Positions 48,741 to 63,440 of a DNA stretch of 64,000 nt are shown piece by piece. A program made the position numbers and the translations under genes. The stretch lies in NCBI RefSeq assembly GCF_009914755.1, contig NC_060927.1; one strand, given 5' to 3'. The notes below the pieces were generated by a model. That model saw nothing but the letters and a program-made list of their open reading frames with translations. It did not search any database and had not been told where the DNA came from. Source of the DNA: the human T2T-CHM13v2.0 reference genome, Homo sapiens. Position 1 is the stretch's first letter. Each line of letters starts with the position of its first letter.

Positions 48741-51139
48741 CATCACTAAAATTCTGGGTGTGACATAGGCATTACTATTCTTATTTTACATACAGATGAG
48801 GAAACTGAGGCTCAGAGAAGCAAAGTAAACACAGAGCTAGTAAGTGGCAGAGCAGGTATTTTTAATCTACTTATTTCTTCTCATTGCCTTCAGTCTCTAC
48901 TCAGGCATTGAGGTTGTCCCTTTTTTCTGCTTCTTCCACAAAGCACAGAAGTAGGAGTGGGGCTGTGGGTCCAGACTGCTCCAGGCTCCAGATCTGGCTC
49001 AGCTGCTTCCCACCTGTCTGATCTTGGGAAGACTTACTAGCTGTATACTCTGAACAAACTCCTTCATCTCTTTGTTTTCTCATTTGCAAAACGGGATGAC
49101 AACAGTACCTACCTCATGGGATTGTGAGGAATCGGTGCATTATTTATGTAAAGCTCTTAAATCAAGCCTGACACACAGTATGCAGTAAGCATGGGGCTGT
49201 TACTTTTCTGCTGCAGCCTGTATGTTGTTAGTAAGTTGATTGTGCCCTTCTGCTCCCCAACCCCTCATACAGCCTGGGGTACCTCCTGATCTGTCAGTTC
49301 CAAATGCCACAGCAAAACAACCCACACCCTGCTTACCAGGGGCTTGAAATCATGTCTAACATGTTGTTTCTAAGATGCTGATTTTTCTAAAAGTGCTGAT
49401 CACCATGGGTTTAGCAGGCCTAAAACTAGCCCAGGAAGTGAAACTTTGGGGAGGAATTCCAAATAACCAAGCCTTTGCTGAAATGCAGAATGGAGAGAGG
49501 AGGGATGAAAGTGTGGACGCAGCCATTTCCCAGGCTTCCCCCACCCGCCCTGCCCCCATCCCCCCTCCCACCTCCATCCCCCCCTTACCTCCCTTAAGCC
49601 CCACAGCTATAGAGAGAGGAAATGTATTTCCTTTAGAATTTATAACAGTTGCTATCCTGAGTGCTAACTCGGTTCCAAAGGGTGCATTAGTCTGGTAAAG
49701 TGTAAAATATGGAGGCCCTGGAGAATCACCAGGGAGTGGGAGAGGGCTTTCGTGGATCCAGGGTGAGTCTTGGCTGTGGGGTTGTGCTAATGTGCAGAGG
49801 GCTGGCCAGAAAAACAAATGGGACATCCCTGACTTCTCGAATCCATAATGCCCAGGACAGTGACATGGCCTGCCATTATCTCAAGGCCAAAGTCTCATAT
49901 CACTGGGCATCACAAAGTCCTTTAATCCCCACCTTGCAGATGGGATCAGTGATCTCTGAGCTACCATTTATGGAGCACTAAGCCCTTTATAGAAATGGCA
50001 TCATGAAACTTTCCAACAGCCCCACGGAGATGAAGTTATAACAGCACCTTGGACCTTGGGGCCAGGCTGAGTAGGGTGGATGCTCAGTTCTCCTACATGT
50101 GACCTTGTGCAAGTTACTCAATCTCTCTGTGCCTTCATTTTCTCACCTGTAAAATAGGGATAATAATAGTTCCTACCTACTAGGACCTATTATTGTTGTG
50201 AGGATTAAATGAGTAAGCATCTGTAGCACTTAGAAAAGCATCTGACACAATGGCCCCTGTCTTTATGAACCCTTGTGTTACCGACATGGGCCCTGAGGCC
50301 AAGAAAAAGGACCATGGACCTACCATACACAGCTTGTGAAGCTGAGCCTCAGACCCAGCTCTGTGTGGTCCACAACCAGGGCTGGTGGGACTGCTGCTAC
50401 TGGGAGGAGGCTAAAATACCCCTCTGACCCCCACCCCCACACCCCAACCCACCATGTCCCACCTCCTCAAACACCCTCCTCTCCCTGTGAGCTTAGGTGG
50501 TCCCTTCGAAACTGCTGGGGTAAAATCTGAAACCATAACTGTTCAAAGGTTCAAATGGAGTTTTCCCGGCGCTGAGAAGGCAGAAAAACCTCGACCTCTC
50601 TCTCCCAGCTCTGGAAATGAAGGCAGCCAGGAAGAATCCTCAAGCTCCCATTGCCAGGGACAGAGGTTCCCGGGGACCTGCAGAGGGGCCTCACCCCCAC
50701 CCCACTCCTCCCCTTGCTGCTCGGGGTGGCACAGGTTGCTAATTAAAACACATCCTATTTTGAAATGTGGGCTCATTCATCAGGACGGGCTAGGGAGAAA
50801 CAGAAGAGAGGTGTGAGGTTGTAGACCCTGGGGTCTCTTTAGTTCCCCGAAACCTCTAGGGGTAGGGTTCCTACTGTCAATCTTGTTCCACCTCTGTCTG
50901 ACTTTGCCTTTTTCGATTTTGGCGCCCCTAGCAGGAATGAGGGGCGCAGGTATCACTATTTGTCTTTTTCAATCTATCTGTGATTGACTCTGCCAAACAT
51001 CGTTTCATCTCTATTTCCATCTGTGCCTCTTTGTCTTGATTTATCTCTGTCTGTCGTTTTGTGTGCCCGCAGGTGCGTGGGTGGGGGTGGAGTTGTCTCA
51101 CCAAGGTTCTGACCCTTCTGCCACCCCTCCTTCCAAACC

Positions 51140-51850
51140 CAAGGAGCAGTCCGCCTCGCAGAGCCCGAGCCCGGGTACCCAGCGGGAGCAGCTCCAAACC
51201 TGGGGCGCGAGCTGGGAGAGGGTGTCCGAGCGAGAGGCGCGCCCCTCGCGCCCCCTCTCTCCGCGGGGGCGGCCCTGGGCGCGTGGAACCGGGTGCGGGG
51301 GCGCTGCAGGCCCGCGGGGCCCGGGTCCCCGCCTTCCCCGCTGCTCGCGGGTGGGCCCCTCGGAGCGGCTCCTCCTCCGGCGCCCCGCCTCCCCGAGAGC
51401 TCCCCGGCGCCCCCGCCGCCGCCCCCGCGGCACACCCAGCAGCCTGGCCGCCGCGGCCAACGCGCCACCAAACTTTCCCCGGAGCCGGCGCCGGTGAGTC
51501 GCAGCGGGGCGCGGGCTTGGGCGGGAGCGGGGCCGCCGCGGCTGGGCGAGGCTGCGCGCTGGCCAGGCTGGGTTCCGGGCATCCCGGCAGGGCGGCCGGG
51601 AACCCCGGAGCCGCCCGCTTGAGAAGAGCGCGCTTGGGTACCCTCGCGACGCGGGTGGCCTGGGGAGGGTGGCGGAGGGCGGCTCGCTCGGTGGCACCGC
51701 TCCCCTCTCCACACTGTGGCCTCAGCACTCGACGCGCAGACACCTTTAGCTTCCCCGGGCTTGGGCAGGGTGCGCGCCCTGAGCGTCCGTCTTTGAGCTC
51801 GGGCGAGCAGAGGGGGAGCCTCGTTTTCTTTGAGCCTCCCCAGGGTCTGA
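51140..51850. promoter_or_regulatory. CpG island / probable TATA-less promoter
   Basis: Very high GC and CpG density in unique sequence, with multiple GC boxes (ccccgcc, ggggcgg); contrasts sharply with CpG-depleted flanks. Confidence 0.92.
51340..51493 (+). other. Probable non-coding first exon of an unidentified + strand gene (5' boundary uncertain)
   Basis: Near-consensus donor CCG|GTGAGT at 51493/51494 within the CpG island; no ATG seen in 51073-51493. Confidence 0.7.
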
Positions 51851-54800
51851 GTTCGCTGCTAACCGTAGTGCCAGCCCATTGGTTGAGTGCGTTCACTGTG
51901 CCAGGCTTTGGGCATCCATTATCTGTTGCAATATTGTTATACTCATTTTACAGAGGAGGAAACTGAGGCTCGGGGAGGGAAGTTGTGCCCAGGAGCATCA
52001 GCTGGTTAAGGGGAGAGAGTCAGGGTTTTGCTCGGAGTCATCCTGATCCAAATCACTTGAATACACTGAGGTAAGCCCCAGGCTCAGCGTCACCTGGAGT
52101 CGGGGGTGGGAACTGTCCGGACCACCACCCGCCCTTCCCCTGCAGTTCGGCTGCAGCTGGGGGTGTGGAGCAAGAGGCGGATCACCTCCTCCTCGTTGTA
52201 CCGAGAGAGGAGGATGCTTTGGGAAAATGAGTGGATATTATGGCCAGGGAGTGGATTCTGGTGACAGAAAAGCATCGGGGCTGCTCTTTCAGAGATCAGA
52301 TTCTAGAAGTTGCTCTCAGTTTTTCTCGAAGGAGCCCAGGAAGCCAGGAGCAGGAGCTGGAGTACAGCAGCTCCTCAAGGAAGTCACGTCTCCTGCTCTG
52401 TTACCCCACCCCCAGCCCCCAGTCCTCCATGAAGATCCCACCTCTTCCCTCCTGATTCCCTGATCCCTCTGAGGTGTCCGCTTGCCTGGCAGCTGATAGT
52501 GCAGAGATGTTCCAGGCAGAGTGGCTGTCCTCCGGCAGAGGGCTCCCGCCTCAGCCTGGAGCAGACAAGACGAGGCAGGCTGGGAGTCCTGGTGAACAAG
52601 GTTTTCAGGCTGGAAGGTGCCTGAATAACTCATTTCATGATTGCGGGGCCAGAAACCTGTGACAGGAGCACAGACGGAGTGTGTCCCTGGAGCATGAAGG
52701 AGAGGGGAATTGAGGGTCTTATAGGAAGAGTCTTGGAGGCAGCCAGAAACCAGCAGAGACTGGGAGAGAGGGAGGGTGTACACATGAGAGCATCATTATG
52801 CATTATCCCATCACAGCATTCTTGGAAGGTAAGTACTATTATTGAACAGATAGTCTACTGAGGCTCAGAGAGGTTAAGTAATTTGCTTGAGATTGCCCAG
52901 CTGGTCCATGACAGAATTGGGGTTTGAACACCCATGTTGCCTGACTCCCTCTAGATTATGAATGAAACTGAGGTGGCAGATGGGACCTTAGCTCCTTCTT
53001 TGCTTGTGTCTGGCAGCAGCAAAGGATGAATAGAGGAAAGCCAGGCAGCAGGTCCACTGCTCACAGGAATCCTGGACAACCCCATGTAAATCCTCGAGTG
53101 TGATTCAGGCATTTCTCCTGGTGTGGGGAGAATCTACGGAGAAGGGCAGGGGATGCCTGGCATTGTTTTCATTTTCAAATGTGACAGAGAATCCCGTGGA
53201 GGCAGGAGATGGACAGGTGCTGCCTGTCCATGATTTCAGGGCTGGGTGGAGGCCGGAGCAGCCTGCCAAGAGACCCTGCACCCCAGAGTGGTTTGGCCAA
53301 TGCTGGGCTGGGAGTGGTCCTTCCTGACCCTCAGCTGAGTGTCCAAGGGAGGAGGGACTTATACATGAGCCTCCTCCTCTTCGACTCTCTCAGAATTCTG
53401 TGTTGGCACTTTCCTCTTCACAATGAAGGAGTGCCTGGCTTTTCCTTAGCAGAGAAAACACATAGCAAAGACATCAAAAGTGTGGGATTCTGGAGCTCAC
53501 CTGTTGGGGTTCACATCTCAGCACTGTTGCTTATGAGTTTTGTGGCCTTGGTCAAGTTGCTACACGTCTCCGTTCCTTGGTTTCCCCATTTTTAGAATGG
53601 GGGTATTCCTGACACCTTCTTCACTGCGTTGGTAAGAGAATTAGGTGTGTTCATGTGCATAAAGCACTTCAGTGGTGCCATGTAATAGCTAAAAGTGTTA
53701 AGAGTCCATTGTTGTTGTTGCTATTAAGGCCAAACAATCCCAGCTCTGTATCCTTTCTCTGCCACCTGCAAATTGCCCAGCCTCTGCAGGCTTCTTGTTT
53801 TCTCATCTGTAAAGTGAGAGTAGGTCTGGTTAGATGTAATGTGTGCCCCAAAGTCTTACTGCAGTCTCAAGCTTTAAATAGTCTGAGACTTGAAGTCTCA
53901 GTGTGGACCTGTATAAACTTCTGATACTCTGCTAGACACTCAGCAAACGCTGGCCATTGCAACGAGTGTCACTAGTGTGGATGATATTGCTGCTACGCAG
54001 TGCAGCTTGAACTTTGTGCTCTGGCTTTGTTCTGACGAGCATGGATTTGGGACAGTTTTCAATCAGCTGTTTTCTAGAGGGACAGAAAGCTTAGGGTTGG
54101 AACCCCAGCTCTTGCCCTTAGAACCGAGAGACCCTGGGCATCGGCTTCCTTATCTGCAAAATGGCCATTCGTTCGATTTGCCAGTATCTGTTTCTCAGGA
54201 TGAATGTCAGGATGGAAATGTGGAGAAAAGAAGGAAAAAAGCAGATGGTATAAATTGCAAAGAATTACATACAATTGTAAGTAATTCTCATTAGCATTCA
54301 GGCCGGGAATTAGCTATAATTGCTCCTGATCCAAGATGTTTTATCTGAAAGATGTACCTGGCAGAGGATCATTCAAGCCCCAGTCACCTGCTGCCCTCCC
54401 TTTCACAGTGACGCTGAGCATTTCTGAATCTCGGGATGTAATTATAATAAAGCTCCCATATCTCATTTATAAGTGACTCACTTCTGCCATTAATGGTTGT
54501 AGAGGACTAAGACGCATACTCTTCGGGAGCAATGCTGCTGATGCTGTCGGAGGGGGGGCCAGGATGCCTTGCCTCTTTTATGCATTCGTCCTCACTGCTG
54601 TAATTCTCCAGTGATAATGCAGGGGGATCACATGGGCCAGGATCGAAGCTGACAGCTCTCAATTTGTGCAACAGCTTGGATGGCAAGGGCCATTGAAACT
54701 TGTTGTTGCCAGCAGAATGCATGTTAGAAACTATCACATCCCAACAGAGGAATGAGCAGAAGAGGTTGAGGAAGCTGCCCCCAGGGAGTACTTAAAAGCA

Positions 54801-55469
54801 CAGACTCCAATGTCCAACAGACATGAGTTTGAATCTTAGTTCTGCCAGTGTATTTGTTGAGGTGTGATTTCTGGCTGTCTTTCCAACCATAATATCAGCT
54901 CTAATAGAGCAGGCAGCACATTTGTTTTATTCACCAGGACATTCACAGCTCCTAGCACGTAGAAGGTATTCATGAATGTCTACGGAATGGATGAATATGT
55001 GAATGACAAATTGCTTAATTGGGCCTCAGCTTTCTTATCTGTAAAATGAGGCTAATATAGCACCCACCTTACAGGTTGCTGTGAGGTCTGAATGAAGAAA
55101 TGTTATGAACAGAATAAACATTCAGCAATGCCCTTGATGATAAATAGATGGGCATAAGCAAGCAAGTTGGCTTAGTCTGGGACATTTAACTTTTCTCCCA
55201 CCCTTGGACCAACAAGGGACAAAAATACTAGTTGTAAGAATCTCCTGTATTTATACAGCACTCTGCAAAGTGCTTTCTTATCCATTGACTTCTAACAAGT
55301 AGGCAGAAATTATTATCCATGTTTTATAAGAGAAGAAACAGGTTCAGAGGGGTTGGTGAAATAAGTTACAGAGTTTAGAAGCAGCAGAAATTGGAATATA
55401 AATCCAGGTTGCTCTGATTTCTAAATAGCAGCTGTTACACTGAGCTTTCCATTGCCTTCTAGAGAGTGG

Positions 55470-56750
<1,281 letters not shown>

Positions 56751-57950
56751 CCCAGTGGATGGATGCTAACGTGGAGGGTAGGGAGGAAAGCCAGTTTTGA
56801 AGGAGGAACTTGCTACCAATCAGAGGCTCAGCCTGCCTCTGGTGGAAGTAAACAGAGACTGCGAACCTGTCTGTCCTGAGTACCATGGGGAGAGCCCAGC
56901 CTTGGACTCTGGATGAGAGTTCTTCTAACCAGACATCCAGATGAAGGGGACTCAGCCTAGGGTGAAACCTTAATATCTGCTGAAGTCTCCATCTGCTTCT
57001 ACAATTGCAGCTGCTTCAGACAGTATACCTGTATATTGTTACTTCCTGGTGGCCACAGATTGAGGGACAGTCAGATTCCATTGACCATTCCTGTGCCAGT
57101 TTTTAGGCCAGGCTCTCCTTCTCTGTCATGTTATCAGTTTTTGTGGAATCTCCATATTATGACCTAAGGGCCATGCCCCTTTCTGCCAATTCACCTTTTC
57201 CCTACCCCCAGGATAACTAGGTTTGAGCAATTTTCTCGGCTGGAATCTTGCCTCAGTCCTCTTTTTAATAAAGTGCCAGGCACTGTCCTAACTTGAATTA
57301 TCTCTCTTAACTCCCTTAACAATGCTATGAGGTAGTTACTGTTATTCCAATTATTCAGATAGGAAAACAAGGTTTCTCACTGTCGTTAGTTTAATGGTTT
57401 CATATTTTAGACTAAATTATCGCTCTCTAACCTATTTGGGTTTTGAAGAAAGATAAAAGTCTAAATTAATTTTCCTTCTCACATACTTAACCAAGGTCCT
57501 CATCCTGTTCCCCTTCCTGTTTATTAAATCTTTCTTCCTTTCTTCCCCACCTTTCTTTCCTACGTCACCTGCAGCAGCACTAAATTACAATATATCTTTG
57601 GAGGCAGAGCCACCAAATCACACTCAACTCCAGGGAACACCATTTGCACAGTTCTGTATCTTGGGCCTCAGGGCACGTAACCTGGAAACCCAGTCATTGA
57701 CAGTAGATCTCTTTCTGAACTGTCTGTTCTGATCTGTTGAACCATCTGCCAATTCTAATAACTGACTATCAGACAGGGCCATGGCAAAAAACAGAGGGCA
57801 CATCCCAACTGGGTGATTGAGAAAGGTTTTGATAAAGAGCCTGTTACCTTGTATAGACCTTTTGGTCTGGTGAGCTAACATGGGATAGTGCAGTACCCTA
57901 GAGTATCAATGGGAAGAGGAGAGTTGTTTCTGCCTCCAAGTTTGGAGGAG

Positions 57951-58068
57951 CAAGAGAAGGGAATAAACACTCAATGTCATTCTCCTCCTGCCCTGCCTGT
58001 GGCCAAACCCAAGAGAAGGGAATAAACACTAAATGTCATTCTCCTCCTGCCCTGCCTGTGGCCAAACC
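57951..58068. repeat. 59-bp direct tandem duplication (1 mismatch)
   Basis: 57951-58009 versus 58010-58068. Confidence 0.92.
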
Positions 58069-58802
58069 CAATCAGAAGTGGGTGGACAGCAAGAGAGCCT
58101 TTGATGTGGTTCAGGGGCACAGAGCACAGGAGGAGGACCGGAGATCTGTGCCATGCTGGTTTGATGATTGTTTGTATAGGTTGTATTTTAATAGCTAACA
58201 GAGGCATCTGCTTTCTCTTCTTTTTTCATTTCTTTCAAACTTTTCCAGGCAATTTTCACTTGGTTTGCTCTTTCAAGAGTGTTCCTTTTATTTACTTGCT
58301 AGCTTTTCTTTGTTCCTGGAGAGAATCACTAATCATCATTAAATAAGTACATCCTGCTGCCCCTTGCCCTCGGCCCAGGTGAGGCACAATTCCACCACCA
58401 GCCCACACCTGTGGTCTGGAGAGTCTGTGGACGTGATTGTTGATCCCAGGCTCATATGGGAAGCCTGGTTTTCTTTCCTCTGTCCTTGGTGTCTGACTAC
58501 TTGAGTGGCGGGGCCACCCTGATGAGCCTAACATGGGCCTCTGGTAGGGTCTGCATTCATAACAGAGCGCCTGGCACTTCATGGTGCTCACAAACCTTTG
58601 AATGGAACGGCTTTCCAGGCATCTTGAAAGTGGTAAGAAACACTGGGCAAGGATAAGTTATTTTCCCTGTTGTATCAGGAGCTCAATAAATATTTTTCAG
58701 TTGTTTATTGATTGATTCTCACAGCAGCGGGTTTCACCAAGCCTTGAAAACCTCCATTAACAAGCCAGGAACTCAAGATGGAGTTTTCTCCCACTGGTCT
58801 CT

Positions 58803-58816
58803 CCTGTAGGGGGCGG
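58803..58816 (+). promoter_or_regulatory. Candidate CTCF core motif
   Basis: CCTGTAGGGGGCGG versus consensus CCASYAGRKGGCRS (1 mismatch), in unique sequence. Confidence 0.4.
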
Positions 58817-60996
58817 TGGGAAGGGCCGATAAATAGCACTCCTCTGCCCAGCCTGAGCTCTGTACCAATCGAGAATGAAGACAAAAGGCAAGACAAGGCA
58901 GCTGGAGAACAAAATGTCATGGTTATTACTAATCAGAGTGACAGTGGAGCGTGTGGGCTCGCAAATGCTGAAGGCCAGGATGGGCTGAGTTGCCCACTCA
59001 GGTACAGGCAGTGCTGGGCTCTGCAGGAGGTGGCCCCTCCCTGTCCTTCCTGGGAGAGAGTGGAAAGGACGCATGCTCCCTGCAGGCACGCTGGCTCCCA
59101 AAAGAAGGGACTGAGTTATACTTACTTACCTATTTCATCTCTCAGATTCACTCATAGATACAGTCACCATGCAAGGAACCAGGGGAGGAGCCATTGAGGA
59201 GCTGGGGAGAGCCCTGGGTTATAAGGTGATGATGCTCCCATCGAGTGGCAGGATATATGATGAATGGGCAAGAAGCATTTTCCTCTCCTTGGTGGGGGAG
59301 TGCGGGCAAGGGGGTTGGGGCGATCCAGAGGTCCCTAGCACCTGCTATTATCTGGACCAGCAGGGTATGGGAGAAATAGCCCCTGACCTTTCTGACCCTC
59401 CTGTCCTGATGACTGATGAAAAGAAGTACTGTCTGTTGAGAAAGCACTCCAGGGCTTTCCATTTGTGATGTCACCCAGTCCTCAACAGCTCTACGAGATG
59501 CATATTCATGTGCCCATTTTATAGATGAGACAACTGAGGCTAGAGACATGGAGTAACTTATGCTAGAGTGTAACTGGGGAGACCAGTAACAAGGCTATTG
59601 CTGTCATCCAGATGGGAGAGGACAGCCCCTTGGACTGGCAGTGGCCAAGGAGAGAAACAGACAGATTGAGACTGGTGTGGAGTCCATGCTTAGGACTGGA
59701 CAGGTGGCTATGTGTGGTGAGGCTGAATGAGCTGTTACTAGGAGGCAGGGTTAAAGCAGTGTCTTGGGTAATTTGTGGTTATTCTTGGGTTTTGTTTTGT
59801 TTTGTTTTGTTTTTTGTAAAATAGACATGACCCTCCTAGGCAAAGATTATTCAAAGAATTAAGAATTCCACAGGCACCACCACATCTGCACATCTTAGTG
59901 GAGCTGAAGCTGCTGCTCACTTGCTCTGAATTGGAAGTGCTAGCTGGAGCATGCTTAGGGGGAATTAAAATGTGCAGACCTGGAAGAGGTCTAGTTGGGA
60001 AGGAGATCCTGAGACAGCCTCCCCCACTGCCTTCTTGCCCTTCTGATCACCTTAGAGGTGGTCACTGCTGCATCCTGCTGCACCGCGTGTTTCCCGAGCT
60101 CCTCCCCACTGTGCATCACCCCATCCCAGCCTCAACGTAGGCCTCCTCCTCCTTCTGCACACCCAACACAGGCTTCTCTACCTCCAGGCAGCCCCCTTCT
60201 ATCCCCAGAGGTCCCTTTCCGAGGGACATATCTGACCATTTCACTTTCCTGCTTAAAATCCAGTGACATCCTCTGCAGCCATTAAATAGAAGGAAACCTG
60301 AATTTTACCATCTGGAAAGATGTCCCTGATAAATGCATTGGACAAGAGCAAGTGGCAGAATGACCTGGCCAGCCTCAGAAGGCAGGGAACAGTGGTCAAA
60401 ACATGGGCTTGGAGGCTGCAATGAGTTTGAACCCGAGCTCTACCACTTAGTCACTGTATGACCAGGAGCAAGTTCTGAATTTCTCTGTGCCTCAGCTTCC
60501 TCATCTGTGAAATGGGAATGATAATAGTCCTCTCCCCTATAAGGTTGTGAGGCCTCACCCCTATAAGGCTAATATGTCAAATGTGCTAGTCCAGTGCTGC
60601 TCCTAGTAGCATCCAATAAACACTAGTTATTACATTAGCATATAAGTACATGTGAACACATATAATCATAGGTCACATCGATGCCTAAGATTATATGTGT
60701 TCTCATGTATTTATATACACCTCTCTCTCTCTTTTCACCTCATTCTTCAGGACTCAGAGGTATTCTCTTCCAGGAAGTCTTCCCTGAATACCCCCCACCC
60801 CTAAGGCTGGATTAGGATCCTTCTCTGGCCTTACAACACCCCCAGACTCACATCTTCCATACATGTCCTTATTGTCACCATCGGTCCCCCCATGGCTGTG
60901 AGCAGCTTGAGGACATAGGCTGTAACTGATTTCCCTCCATATCCCTGGTACCCATCGACGTGCAAGGAACATAGTGCACTCTCTGGAGATACTTGT

Positions 60997-61023
60997 TGAA
61001 TGAATGAATGAATGAATGAATGA
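60997..61023. repeat. (TGAA)n at an L2 3' end
   Basis: Read directly; preceded by an L2-like tail. Confidence 0.85.
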
Positions 61024-63440
61024 GTGAGCAGGACTTTGAAACATAAGGGATCAATGGGTAAAGACATGGAGGGAGAACAGCCAGGTATAGGGGATGGCCT
61101 GAGCCAAGGCATAGAGGTAGAAAGGGATGCTCCAGAAAGAGCACACGGCCTGGGCTGGCCATGCCTTAGAGAGCGACAGGGAGGTTAACAGGAAGTAATT
61201 AAGATGCTCAAGGTGGGTAGGGGCCAAAGGAGTGTTCTGTGTAAAGAAGGGAAAGGAGATGTGATGGGGTGGGCGTGAAGAACGAAGGGAGGGATTGAGG
61301 GACAGTGTTGCTTCTTTCATTTAAATCCTTATCCCCCAGGCTGGTTTAGATGCTTCCATGACACTGTGCACTCATCAGGATGTAAAATAAATACCTGGTT
61401 TACCTGTTTCTACCGCCAGCCTGGAAACTCCTTGAGAGATGGAAATTGATGGTGTTTTGTTTTGTTTTGTTTTGTTTTGTTTTTCTAAAAATCTTGCACA
61501 CAAAGATATTTCCTCCTCCATGCTTACTTTTTCTCTGCCACGTAGGGCTACAGATGTAGATGGTGTTGTGCATTCTGATAACTGGATATTAATAGAAGTT
61601 ACTCCAGTTCTTGTGGGAATAGAAAATTTATAGCTTCTCCAATTCAATGGAACCCATTCTGTCAACCCTGCTTCCTTTATTGAGTCCTTGAATCAAGCTG
61701 GAAACAGAAACAGCAGTGCAGTTCACTCCTCGGTCAGATGCAGACGCAGGAATTTTGAGCAGTGACCCGCCAAAGAAAAAGTTCTCGCTGAATTTCTTGG
61801 TGCTGAACTGAATGAACTTGAACTGCTTGCCACACCCAACAGGGAAGAGTCCCAGCAGCAAGGTGCAGGAAGGTAAAACAGGAGTTGGAGTCTGTTCATG
61901 GTGATCATGTGCCTGCTGTACAGTGGGGATGCTGGGACAGACACGGCTGCTGCCCTTACAGGTGACAGAGTAAAGAAGACAGCTGCTAGGCCAGTAACAA
62001 CAAAGCAGAATGTGACATTCTCATACGAGAAAGCACAGTGCTAAGACAGTCTCAGAGAGGCTAAGTGACTCGCATAAGCTCACACAGCTCATAAGTAACA
62101 AGGTTGAAATGGAGATCCTTGACTCCTTCACTGTGCTGCAAAGCCCCTCAAGGTATGATGCTTGCTGCCTGAAACATTTGGGGCAATAGCCCAGCACTTT
62201 GTAATCCTTCTCATTCTCCGCTTGGTATCTCACATTGCAATCATCCGTTAATTCCCTCCACCTATAAATATCAAAAGTGCCTATTTCTAGGTACTGGGCA
62301 TATATCCTTTTTCCTGAGTTCCAGGCTGGATAACAGGAATAAGTCCCAAAACTAATCCTTGAGTTTCTGATATTAAGTGCTCCCCAATACCCAGAGATTT
62401 AGGGGGTTTTTTTCCTCTGTTACAGGGAAAACACACACACACGCAAGAAGAGAAGAAAAAGCAAATGAGCAATTAGCTCTGTAGATCGAAGCACAAACTT
62501 TGAGGAAGTTTCAGGGATTTGAACATTCAAGGTTTGGAACTGACATTGGGCCGGGTTGCTCCATCAGTGCCAAGAATCGTTACGGTGATCTCACTGTGCC
62601 AGTTCTGAATACAGAGGGCTTTCTCTGCATTGGTCACTAGGAGAAACGTCTCTCCGGAATCAAGCATTTTTCTGATGAATGCATTTTACTTCCTTTCATC
62701 CCAGACACAGAGCTGTGTGTCTATCTGTGCACTAAATGTTACTTTGAAAACACTGCAATTTGGAGCTGATCTCAGCTTCTGTGCTTATTAGTTTGTAATA
62801 TTGCCCTCCCGAGTTTTCTTGGCATCACCTAACACGGAGTAAGGGAATAATGGTGTGTACTGAGCGTCTCCTGTGTATGGGGCTTTGTGCTGAGAACTTT
62901 ATATTTGTCGTTTCGTTTGCTCCCCTAAACAACCTTGTGAGGTCAGGACTATGGTGATCTGCATCTTGGCCCTAAGCAGGACCCATAGGCTCTCTGCATC
63001 CTGGCCCCTCCACAGTGGGCAACCAGCCCTTCCCCAGACACATCTTGTGTATCCTCATCACTGCCCACATATGCTCCCACCTTCTCAGCCCACACAAACC
63101 CCATGGCCCCATTGAGTTGTAGACTTAAAACAAGTGAATTTTGGGGTATTTTTTAATTGTGATAAAATATACATAACAACATGAGTGAGTGCTAAAATAT
63201 GTGAATTATTACCCCATGAAGCGTTGAAAAAGAAAGACAAGAAGGGGAGAAACGCTCTTCCCAAGTTCCCCGGTCCATGCACATACCAAATAACTCTCCT
63301 CTATTCTCCACTCCACCATTCATTCAACAACATCTATTGAGCACTTCCGGTGTATGAGGTGCTCCTCTAGGCACACGGGATTCCTGCAGAACAGAGCAGA
63401 CAAGCATTCCTGCCCTGGTGAGGCCTACATTGTACTTTCC

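Noticed and set aside
50918-50950. CTCF-like CTGCTAGGGGCGCC and TGAGGGGGCGC
   Set aside because: Spacing or 5' half deviates from the core motif
51140-51850. Assigning a gene symbol to the CpG-island promoter
   Set aside because: No coding exon in the window, and I do not recognise the UTR sequence with confidence
50928-51966. Overlapping long ORFs (322, 301, 246 and 204 aa) on both strands
   Set aside because: Low-complexity Pro/Ala/Arg/Gly translations expected from stop-codon depletion in a CpG island; no recognisable domain; they run through the splice donor
52061-52076. Strong donor GAG|GTAAGC
   Set aside because: Follows a MIR with no clear acceptor or TSS; isolated donors are common
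58778-59197. 139-aa ATG-initiated ORF in unique sequence
   Set aside because: No recognisable homology or convincing exon structure; the length is compatible with chance
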